NCBI GenBank assembly: GCA_963976765.1
Contig: CAXBME010000050.1
Location: 1 to 32,159 of the forward strand
DNA length: 32,159 nt
Origin: an uncultured Planctomycetaceae bacterium
GTDB taxonomy: Bacteria; Planctomycetota; Planctomycetia; Planctomycetales; Planctomycetaceae
Reading direction: 5' to 3'
This document shows positions 19,517-27,157 of the stretch, one piece after another. Every line of letters begins with the position of its first letter. The first letter of the stretch is position 1. The notes under the pieces are model-generated. The model was not told where the DNA came from and did no database searches. It saw only the letters and a program-made list of their open reading frames with translations. Position numbers and translations under genes: made by a program.

Positions 19517-19909
19517 TTATTTCCACAGTCCGAGTCCGACGTGCATCTTCCGCTCGATGTGAGTCGTCCGCTGACGGCCGGAACGAACCGACGATGGAGC
19601 GAACATCTGCGGCACGTCATTGCCGGGTTCGAACGAGAAGCTGCGCGTCGTCGTGCAGCCGCAGTTCGGGTACGGCTGAGTCGAATCAACTGCCGGAGCA
19701 GTCGCTGACGGCTCGAATGAAAAGCTGCGGAACACCTGAGGCAGCGGCGACGAGGTTGTCTGCCGTGCCACGGGGCGCGATGTCCGGCCCGGATGCTGCT
19801 TCAGGTACAGACGCAGACCGGGATCAGCCGCATCGGCCGAACTGACTGACATGGCCACAACCGCGACGACAGCACTCACGAACGAAAACTTTTTCAGGGA
19901 CGTAAACAT
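19517..19909 (-). CDS. Secreted hypothetical protein (130 aa) with two RSFSFEP motifs
   Basis: AAGGAG RBS before ATG 19909 and a signal peptide ending ADA. The longer 354-aa ORF call is an upstream extension overlapping another gene. Confidence 0.8.
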   Translation of the reverse strand: MFTSLKKFSFVSAVVAVVAMSVSSADAADPGLRLYLKQHPGRTSRPVARQTTSSPLPQVFRSFSFEPSATAPAVDSTQPYPNCGCTTTRSFSFEPGNDVPQMFAPSSVRSGRQRTTHIERKMHVGLGLWK

Positions 19910-20070
19910 GACTGAACTCCTTGGGGATTTGCCCTCCGACCGAGCATGCGTCCGGGACTGCGACACGCAGTTCCTGAAAGCAGACGCTCTCGTCAATCGG
20001 ATCACGGGCAACTGAGCACGAAGCAAGGCACTGAGAGATATCTCGGTGCGCAGCGTCAGCGCTGAGGAGA

Positions 20071-20463
20071 TCAGCGGTTCAGGCGGACCTGCAGCATCTG
20101 CAGAGTCGGGCTTCCCGAAATCGGAACACCTGAAGAGACGGCGTTGTGAAACGTCGCGCCATTCGCCAGCGAGTGCATGGCAAAGGTGGCAACGGGGACT
20201 GCCGCCGGCGATCGTTCGTCTAAAGATCGCGGAACAGCCGGCGCCTTGTGCTCTTCTGTCGGAGGCGAGGTCTTGCAGCAGCCCATGCCACAGCAGCGGC
20301 CATCTTTTGTCCCACAGCAGCACACGCCGTTGCCCCGGACGTTCGACGCTCCCGCACCCTCTCCCTGCCACGCCAGCAGAATCGGAGAGACACCCACCAG
20401 ACTCAGGCTGAGAACCAGCCCGGTCACGATCAGCGTACGGATTGTGCGGGTTGAGTAGAACAT
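20071..20463 (-). CDS. Secreted Cys-rich putative leader protein 2 (130 aa)
   Basis: Signal-like N-terminus, CCCGTKDGRCCGMGCC and tail VPISGSPTLQMLQVRLNR. Paralogue of 17657..18031. Confidence 0.75.
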   Translation of the reverse strand: MFYSTRTIRTLIVTGLVLSLSLVGVSPILLAWQGEGAGASNVRGNGVCCCGTKDGRCCGMGCCKTSPPTEEHKAPAVPRSLDERSPAAVPVATFAMHSLANGATFHNAVSSGVPISGSPTLQMLQVRLNR

Positions 20464-20689
20464 GGCTGAATGATACGCAGGAGTGACACGGCACAATGGG
20501 GAAATATTCAAATCTGCCTGCAACACGGTCATCTGATTGAATGCCGCAGACACAGTCGCCGTTACTTCGATTTATCGGCATTTATGGTCACCAGGATCAG
20601 TGGGACCAGTGTCCGAAACCGCCAATGGCGGCTTCGGGGCGGCAATGATCCGATCAACCCATAAGTGTACTCCCTGAAAGTTCGTATCG

Positions 20690-20773
20690 GGAATAAAAAA
20701 GTTAGATGCAGCGCCCAACCGATTCCTTCACGGAGATAGCGGATTTTTTTCAGACTGGCGGGCTGACGCTGCC
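20690..20773. repeat. Duplicated upstream element, copy 2
   Basis: Matches 18050-18132 block for block. Confidence 0.8.
20701..20730 (-). promoter_or_regulatory. Putative ECF-sigma promoter TGAAGGA-N14-GCATCTAAC
   Basis: Points toward 20463; same motif and 14-bp spacer as the other two copies. Confidence 0.72.
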
Positions 20774-20885
20774 AACCGCCTTGAGTCCTGTTTGTAAGAC
20801 GCATCGCTATACTCATTTGCGTTTGCTGCTGCCCGTGAGACTGCGTGCTGTTTCGCAGGTCGAAAAGCGGCTCGACAATTTTCTC

Positions 20886-20915
20886 TGAAGAAACCTCGTG
20901 ACTGCTGCATCTAAC
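20886..20915 (+). promoter_or_regulatory. Putative autoregulatory ECF promoter TGAAGAA-N14-GCATCTAAC
   Basis: Third copy of the motif, at the 5' end of the ECF gene and overlapping GTG 20898. Confidence 0.7.
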
Positions 20916-21479
20916 CCGTCGAGTGACATTTCCACCGACGACGTCGACCGGCTCATTGCCGGTTGCCGTGCCGGAGATCGCGATGCGCAGCGGGCTCTGT
21001 ATGAGCGGTGTCTGCCACTCGTGCATCGACTGGCCGTGCGAATGGTGGGACTGCAGGACGCACCCGATGTCACTCAGCAGGCGTTCTTGCGGGCCTTCAC
21101 ACGACTCGACCAGTACGACGGGCAGGCAAAGTTCGAGACATGGCTGTACCGGCTGGCGGTCAACGAGGCGCTGCAGTTCCTGCGGAAACGTAAACGGTGG
21201 AATCAGCCGACACTCGACTACAACGAATACGAACCGGCCGACGAGTCTCAACCACTCGGTGCGGCCACCGAGCAGCGGGAAGTTCTGGAACAGGCCCTGT
21301 CGCGGCTTGACCCGGAACTGCGTTCGGTCTTTCTGCTGAAGGAATCGGAGGGTCTGTCCTATCGCGACATTGCCGAAGCCACGGGGATTCCCGAAGGAAC
21401 GGTCGGCTCGCGACTGAACCGAGCCCGCGCCGAACTGCAGGAACACCTCAAGCAACTCGGCTGGACCGGTGAGCCATGA
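20898..21479 (+). CDS. ECF RNA polymerase sigma factor (sigma-70 family)
   Basis: Region 2 (DVTQQAFLRAF...FETWLYRLAVN) and region 4 (GLSYRDIAEATGIPEGTVGSRLNRAR). Start uncertain. Confidence 0.95.
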   Translation: MTAASNPSSDISTDDVDRLIAGCRAGDRDAQRALYERCLPLVHRLAVRMVGLQDAPDVTQQAFLRAFTRLDQYDGQAKFETWLYRLAVNEALQFLRKRKRWNQPTLDYNEYEPADESQPLGAATEQREVLEQALSRLDPELRSVFLLKESEGLSYRDIAEATGIPEGTVGSRLNRARAELQEHLKQLGWTGEP

Positions 21480-22315
21480 ACTGCAACGACACCAAAGAAA
21501 GACTGTCCGCGTTTTACGACGCCGAACTGCCGGAAGCAGAAGCCGCCGAGGTCCGGCAGCACCTGTCGTCGTGCGCGGAGTGCTCGCGCCAGCAGAAGGC
21601 GTTTGCCGGACTGTCGGGCATGGTACAGTCGCTTCCCCAACCGCCCCTGCCGACCAGCGGCTGGAAGGAGATGCAGGACCAGCTCAGCAGCGCTGAGGTC
21701 GCCGAGCCGGATACCGACTCGTCTCCGGTCCAACCCGCCGAAAGGCGGCCTCGAATGTCGTCGCGGTTCCGTCGAGCGGTGATGGTGGCCGCAACCGTTG
21801 CTGCCGCGCTTTTCGTCTGGCTGGGCAGTGAATACTGGGGAGGACCGTCACGGCACGAACTGATGGCCGCCGACTTCGCTCACTACGTCGAGAACCTGCA
21901 GGACAATCCAGAAGCCGCCCAGCGCGAACTGCTGAGCCAGTTCAACGGCAGCGAGATCAAGCCGTCCGTCGCCGCGCGGTCGGTCAGGTACCAGCCCGCC
22001 GCTGCCCGGACGCTCCCACCGGATTACACGCTCGAATCGATGTACTCGTTGAAGATGCCCTGCTGCGACTGCCTGCAAACCGTCTGCCGGCGAAGCGACG
22101 GAAGCCGGATCGCCATATTCGAGTACGCCGAGGAGCAACCCGCCACGTACGGCAATGCCCAACAAACGAGGATGCAGTGCCGAGACAAGTCCTGCTGCCT
22201 GATCAACGCCAGCGAGCAACTCGCCGTGACATGGAACGACGGCGGCCGCCAGATCACCGTCGCCGGCGTCCGCGACCAGTCCGAAATCGAAACGCTCGTT
22301 GCGTGGCTTGAATGA
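21476..22315 (+). CDS. Zinc-finger (zf-HC2/ZAS) transmembrane anti-sigma factor with Cys-rich extracytoplasmic domain
   Basis: ATGA overlap with the sigma gene, HLSSCAEC (HxxxCxxC), one TM, then MPCCDCLQTVC and MQCRDKSCC. Confidence 0.9.
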   Translation: MNCNDTKERLSAFYDAELPEAEAAEVRQHLSSCAECSRQQKAFAGLSGMVQSLPQPPLPTSGWKEMQDQLSSAEVAEPDTDSSPVQPAERRPRMSSRFRRAVMVAATVAAALFVWLGSEYWGGPSRHELMAADFAHYVENLQDNPEAAQRELLSQFNGSEIKPSVAARSVRYQPAAARTLPPDYTLESMYSLKMPCCDCLQTVCRRSDGSRIAIFEYAEEQPATYGNAQQTRMQCRDKSCCLINASEQLAVTWNDGGRQITVAGVRDQSEIETLVAWLE

Positions 22316-22397
22316 TCCGTGTCGTTGCAGTTCACGACGCGATGCACGCTCCCGCGACATCTCACGGCTCCCCGTCAAAAGACTCTGAAGAAGAGTC

Positions 22398-22429
22398 TTG
22401 ACTCCGAAGTACGGTACGGGCCTTAGACT
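22398..22429 (+). promoter_or_regulatory. MerR-type promoter/operator
   Basis: TTGACT, 20-bp spacer, TAGACT. The spacer holds the imperfect dyad CCGAAG-TACG-GTACGG, similar to the mer operator CCGTAC..GTACGG. AGGAG RBS at 22441. Confidence 0.8.
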
Positions 22430-22453
22430 GTCTCAGGTACAGGAGACGGTGAC

Positions 22454-22884
22454 ATGACAACTCACAGCGGAAGTCTGTCGATTGGGTAGTTGGCAAAGCG
22501 GGCGGAGGTTGGTGTTTAGACCGTTCGATTCTACGAACGCGAAGGCATGATCATTGAACCTCAGCGACGGCAGAGCGGCTATCGGCAGTACCAGGGCGAC
22601 ATATTCAACCGGCTGTTGTCATTAGCCGGACGAAGGAAGTCGGCTTCACGCTCAAAGAAATTAAAGAGCTGCTGTCGCTCCGCGTAGACGAGGACAAGAC
22701 CTGCGCCGACGTCCGGTAGCAGGCGGAAGCGAAAATTGCAGATATCGAAGACCGCATCCGCTCGCTGCAACTCATGAACCGAGCGCTCGTGAAAGTCACT
22801 CGACAGTGAAGCGGAGACGGGCCGACCAGCGAATGTCCCATTCTGGAATCGATTGAACGGAAGGAACGCGCTCATGAACCGTAA
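22454..22884 (+). pseudogene. merR: MerR-family metal-responsive regulator pseudogene
   Basis: Manual translation: LSIG*LAKRAEVGV*TVRFYEREG...SGYRQY...[frameshift ~22619]...GFTLKEIKELL...TCADVR*...RQ*SGDGPTSECPIL. Stops at 22487, 22517, 22717 and 22807. Confidence 0.9.
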
Positions 22885-23822
22885 CGAAACGAACACCGGC
22901 TGGCGTCGAAGTCTCGCCGTCCAGCAGGCCATGCAAAAAGTCTCGGTGTGCAGCGAGTCCCCACCATCGTCACCGATGGCAAACTCGCAGACTGCTGTGC
23001 AGCAAATAGTCTGGACCAGAATTCTATCCGAGCCGCTGGCATCGGGTATTCAGTCTGAGCTATTTGACCGACGACTGCTGTTAAGCAGATTCGCCATACT
23101 GCAGCCACCTCCGCTTTCACGTGATTGGAAATCGAATTGCTGAGCCCTGCTACCGTTCCGACTAAACAATCGCCAGCTACTTGTCCGGGTCATCGTTGCC
23201 GACATCAATGCATCCGCGACAGCACACTTGGATTATTTCGCCCTTGACTGTGGCCGGAATCGCTCCGCCCATCGACTCAAGAGGTTCGCCGCCGACTGGG
23301 CGGACCTTCTGCCTAATGAGCCCGGGTGCGGACTACGTATGCTTGTGACGAGCAGTTGCTGAGCTGGCGTAGGTGGCTGCTCGATCACGGGCACTGCCGC
23401 TCAGAAGAGCGATTGACATCAGGACATACAGAAATGCGTTCGTTGCGATACCGTTCAGCATCAGGTTACCTCGAATCCTTGATGGAGTGTCATCAGAAAA
23501 TTCGGCAACGCAATACAGCAAAAGGGGAAGACGAAACAGATCCTCGACGTGAACAGAGGGCGTTTTCGCCCTTTCGATGATTAACCAACGGGCATGTTGG
23601 CCCATTCTGAACACTGGCCCGATCGATCGGACTTCGTCTGTTATCAGGTTGACTCGACTGACTGCGACGAGCCGTATTCCATAGAAATCGCTAACCAGTG
23701 TCAGGCAATTCAGTTGAGTCGAGTGAGGTTGAGTCTGGCACGGCGTTCGTATTAACGGGACTGAGACGCGGCCAGAATGACTGAGTCGCAATTCTTACTC
23801 GGTTCTGAAATGGAGTCCTGCC

Positions 23823-24239
23823 ATGAAACGCATTGCACTCACGCTGATCGTCGCCATCACCGCCGCTGTAATCTCCGGTAGCTCTGTATCTGCGTCAGAC
23901 AGATCACACGGACGCAGCAGTTCATCGATTGAACATCTGGTTGGAGACCTGGTCTTCGGTGGCCACAGCTACGGCAACAATCACGGCAACGGCTATGGCC
24001 AGTCGTACTATCGCAGCCCGAGCTACGGGCACCCTGGTTACAGCTACTCGTCGTACTCCCACGGTTCTTATGGACACTCGTCGTACAGTTACCCCAGCTA
24101 CAGTTACCCCAGCTACGGTTACTCCAGACACGGATATTCCAACTACGGTCATCACGGCAGCTACAGCGGTGGACACGGCGGCAACTACGGCGGTAGGCAC
24201 GGCAGCTACTCGTACGGTCATCGCGGATCACGGCATTGA
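23823..24239 (+). CDS. Secreted Gly/His/Ser/Tyr-rich low-complexity protein
   Basis: GGAG RBS, signal peptide ending VSA, YSYPS repeats and many GH/HG pairs. Confidence 0.8.
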   Translation: MKRIALTLIVAITAAVISGSSVSASDRSHGRSSSSIEHLVGDLVFGGHSYGNNHGNGYGQSYYRSPSYGHPGYSYSSYSHGSYGHSSYSYPSYSYPSYGYSRHGYSNYGHHGSYSGGHGGNYGGRHGSYSYGHRGSRH

Positions 24240-24331
24240 TCTGTGATCCAGCAGAGACATAAACGATCACATCACGACCAACCGGCTCCCATCGACTGGT
24301 GGGAGTCGGTTACTGAAACGGGAGAAGAACC

Positions 24332-25318
24332 ATGAAGGCTATCACAGCATCGCTGCTCACACTTGGTCTTGCTGCAACGGTGGGAATTTCGACTCGCGAT
24401 GTCATCGGCGATCAGAGTCAGCCACGGTCGCCGGGCCAAACAGATTCTGCTCCCTCTGCACCACCATCTGTTCCGGCTGCGCCACCAACTGAAATTCCCC
24501 GGCAAGCGGCACCTCCACTTGTTCCTGGCGACGCTCGATGCCGAGTGAGCAGGGCGCAGTGCGGCGACTCATTGTGCACGTTGCCACGCCCCGAACGATT
24601 TCAGGTGACTTCAGCCGAAGCCGCAGCGGAACTGCATTTCCTCGCACTCTCACTGGTTGAAGACATTGACTTCGATCTTTACGGAACTCGCAATTACGCT
24701 CATCTGATTCACGATGCGGAAACCATCGTTCGCGATGTGATTTCCGTTCGACGAGACCTCGCACGACAGCAGCCGACCGAAGTCGTCGCCGCAGACATTC
24801 GAAATATGGCAGCCAGTCTGGAACACCTGGAACGCTCGATCGGTCGTCGATACCGCACGAGGGCAATCCACTTCGATTTGCTCGATGCACGAGCGGCTCT
24901 CGACGACCTGGAGACGAGTCTGGGAACCGAACCCGCTGGAAAGACCATTGTGCCGCCAGCTTCCCCGTCGCAGCCTTATGATTTGGCGACAGGCAGGCAG
25001 CCAGTGCCTCCGTCAACTCCCCGTTCGGCGACACCGCCGGTGCCGCCAGCACTCCGTTCTGATCCGGCGATACCTTCAAAGGAACCGGAAGTATTCGTCG
25101 TTCCTGAACTGCCCGTTGAGCCAGCAATTCCGGACACCATGAAGGGGCTTCGCCAGCTTTCACTGACAGACCAGCGTCTGGCAATGAAGCAGCGAACCTG
25201 TCCAATCACGGCTGACCTGCTCGGATCGATGGGTAAGCCGATCAAGGTCAACGTCGATGGTCGCACCGTGTTTGTGTGCTGCCAGGGCTGCGTCGAAGAG
25301 CTGCGGACACAACGGTGA
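24332..25318 (+). CDS. Secreted Pro-rich protein with C-terminal TRASH/YHS-like metal-binding module
   Basis: GGAG RBS, signal peptide and C-terminal QRTCPI...LGSMG...VFVCCQGC. Confidence 0.8.
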   Translation: MKAITASLLTLGLAATVGISTRDVIGDQSQPRSPGQTDSAPSAPPSVPAAPPTEIPRQAAPPLVPGDARCRVSRAQCGDSLCTLPRPERFQVTSAEAAAELHFLALSLVEDIDFDLYGTRNYAHLIHDAETIVRDVISVRRDLARQQPTEVVAADIRNMAASLEHLERSIGRRYRTRAIHFDLLDARAALDDLETSLGTEPAGKTIVPPASPSQPYDLATGRQPVPPSTPRSATPPVPPALRSDPAIPSKEPEVFVVPELPVEPAIPDTMKGLRQLSLTDQRLAMKQRTCPITADLLGSMGKPIKVNVDGRTVFVCCQGCVEELRTQR

Positions 25319-25343
25319 CTGACTTTGTGTAGAGAAGACCAGG

Positions 25344-26048
25344 TTAATCGACACACCAGCTCAGGACAGTTCGTCCCAGAAACTGAATGGATTCATGTTT
25401 TGGGACGAAGCCAGCCTTGATGATCCCTTGCCGCGACGAGTGGTTGAACCGCGAGCATTCGATCAACACGGGTCGAGATCGCATTCCTATGTTCGCATCG
25501 TCTGATGTTGCGATGTGCGTGATTGCCCAGGCATAAAGACCGCGTCCGCGAAATTCGTATCGCGTGAAGCAGTGGTCAATAATTGCTGGAGAATCCGATG
25601 ATTCGTTCAGCGGTCCGAACCAGCAGACACATGCGAGAGGTCCTTCGACAGAGCGGAGGACGAGACATTTTCGCCCGTATTTGAATCGATCAACGAAGGC
25701 AGTCCATTCACCATACTGTTTCAGGAACTCAGAATCCTCGCTTGTTAGATCGTCGACCTGAGTAAGGACCGCGACTTGGAATCCAGCTGGTATTTCTGCT
25801 GTTGGGCCAGTCATGTTTCTGCCAAACTCAAACCGTCGCAGGATTTGCAGACCGCACCTTTCTCCAATCACAACAAGCAACAGGTACGACAACGTCCGCC
25901 GTATTCCGTGGCGTCGCACTCGCGCTTCGAAACGCTCCAAAGCGGAATTTGAGGCGTTGCAAACGCTATCAGCTCCACCGCCAGAGTCTTGCACACTCGT
26001 TCCATCTAATAATTCAGTCATGACCCTACCACCTTGAATACTTTCCAT
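25344..26048 (-). CDS. GNAT-like acetyltransferase-fold protein
   Basis: CFTRYEFRGRGLY (acyl-CoA loop) and NHSSRQGIIKAGF. Start at 26048 or 26021. Confidence 0.7.
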   Translation of the reverse strand: MESIQGGRVMTELLDGTSVQDSGGGADSVCNASNSALERFEARVRRHGIRRTLSYLLLVVIGERCGLQILRRFEFGRNMTGPTAEIPAGFQVAVLTQVDDLTSEDSEFLKQYGEWTAFVDRFKYGRKCLVLRSVEGPLACVCWFGPLNESSDSPAIIDHCFTRYEFRGRGLYAWAITHIATSDDANIGMRSRPVLIECSRFNHSSRQGIIKAGFVPKHESIQFLGRTVLSWCVD

Positions 26049-26054
26049 GGGGCA

Positions 26055-27041
26055 TTACTCGGCACGCTGTGTCTCTACCTGTTCTCCAACGTGCCCAGAC
26101 GCACGACTGGACTGGACCTCTCGTCTCAATTCGTGCACCTCAGACAGAATGGACTCTTCCAACTCGATGTCAGGATCGGGTTTGTCGACGGATCGAGCGA
26201 AATGGCTTTCCGATTTCTCAATCAATGGAAACGGCCTGTGACCGATGACATCGCGCTGAAGCAGATACCACAACTCTTTCCAGCCCGTTCGCTGACGATG
26301 ACGAAACTCTCGCCCTTCCTCCCTGGACTGCTGCAGCCCCGTCAACGGCCCCCATTGGGCCGCGGCAAGTACGTCACACGTCAGGCGTGCTGCCAGTTGC
26401 GTGCTGCGGGCGGTTACCGAGGCTTCGTTGTCCTCCTGCCGAATCTCCGGACAACCGCAGGCGAGCACCTTCCCCGTGTCGACCCCTTCGTCGATGTAGT
26501 GCACTGTGACGCCGACCTGATGGTATTCCCGGAAATACAACGGCCAGAACAACGTATGCTCGCCGCGGTAGAATGGCACCAGCCCGTAATGAACATTGAT
26601 CGTCCCGTGCGGCGGAATGGTGAAGATATTGGGCCGCAAAATGGGAGCAACGCAGACGAGCAGAACGTCGGGACTGAAGTCGCGAATTCGACGTGCAGTC
26701 TCTTCGGAGTTGATCTCACGCCACGGGACATCAACACGGTTCATGTCGAATTCGGGCGGCTCCGTTGAGTCAAACAGAAGCTGTGCGATCTGCTGATCAA
26801 CGTCGCCTTCGTACCAGTAGTAGAACGCGTGAGCCGCTCGTTCGAGCCGATTAGCGACGGTCTGAATCGGATGACGCGTCAGCTTTCGCACGCGGCGACG
26901 GATGCGTTCATACCGAGATTCTGACGCTGCCGACGAAGCACGAATGGGACGGATGACGAGATGATCAGGCCATCGTTTCACGACCTGGCGTATGATAAAC
27001 AGCGAACGTGATTCGCAGCGGCTGATAATTGCAACTCGCAT
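26055..27041 (-). CDS. Formyltransferase family protein (Fmt/PurN-like N-domain)
   Basis: TINVHYGLVPFYRG and GVTVHYIDEGVDTG, with a GGAGG RBS. Confidence 0.85.
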   Translation of the reverse strand: MRVAIISRCESRSLFIIRQVVKRWPDHLVIRPIRASSAASESRYERIRRRVRKLTRHPIQTVANRLERAAHAFYYWYEGDVDQQIAQLLFDSTEPPEFDMNRVDVPWREINSEETARRIRDFSPDVLLVCVAPILRPNIFTIPPHGTINVHYGLVPFYRGEHTLFWPLYFREYHQVGVTVHYIDEGVDTGKVLACGCPEIRQEDNEASVTARSTQLAARLTCDVLAAAQWGPLTGLQQSREEGREFRHRQRTGWKELWYLLQRDVIGHRPFPLIEKSESHFARSVDKPDPDIELEESILSEVHELRREVQSSRASGHVGEQVETQRAE

Positions 27042-27078
27042 GCTGCAATCCCTCCATGAGAAGCGGTGGACGACTCCA

Positions 27079-27157
27079 ATGTTGAGGATCCAGTATCCAG
27101 AGCAGCGACGGATCGAAGCTGCTCTGGACGCTCGGCTCTGGACACTCGCCTCAACAT
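27079..27157. repeat. Nested intergenic inverted repeat (REP-like)
   Basis: Outer arms ATGTTGAGG / CCTCAACAT (27079-87, 27149-57); inner perfect 11-bp arms TCCAGAGCAGC / GCTGCTCTGGA (27096-106, 27118-128). Confidence 0.65.

Noticed and set aside
19910..20581. Upstream part of the 354-aa ORF 19517..20581
   Set aside because: It overlaps leader 2 in another frame; the strong RBS and signal peptide place the true start at 19909.
20562..21455. 297-aa antisense ORF over the ECF gene, and similar long shadow ORFs over copA and cusA
   Set aside because: Antisense shadows of high-GC coding sequence with no recognisable motifs.
22386..22415. TGAAGAA upstream of merR resembling the ECF -35 element
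   Set aside because: No GCATCTAAC at the 14-bp spacing; it sits within a short inverted repeat (AAGACTCT/AGAGTCTT).
22454..22884. Stop-codon readthrough or an alternative genetic code to explain the merR stops
   Set aside because: There is also a frameshift, and neighbouring genes end normally at TAG and TGA.
22930..23800. Several 80-150 aa ORFs in the gap after merR
   Set aside because: No RBS, motifs or consistent strand; probably decayed or non-coding DNA.
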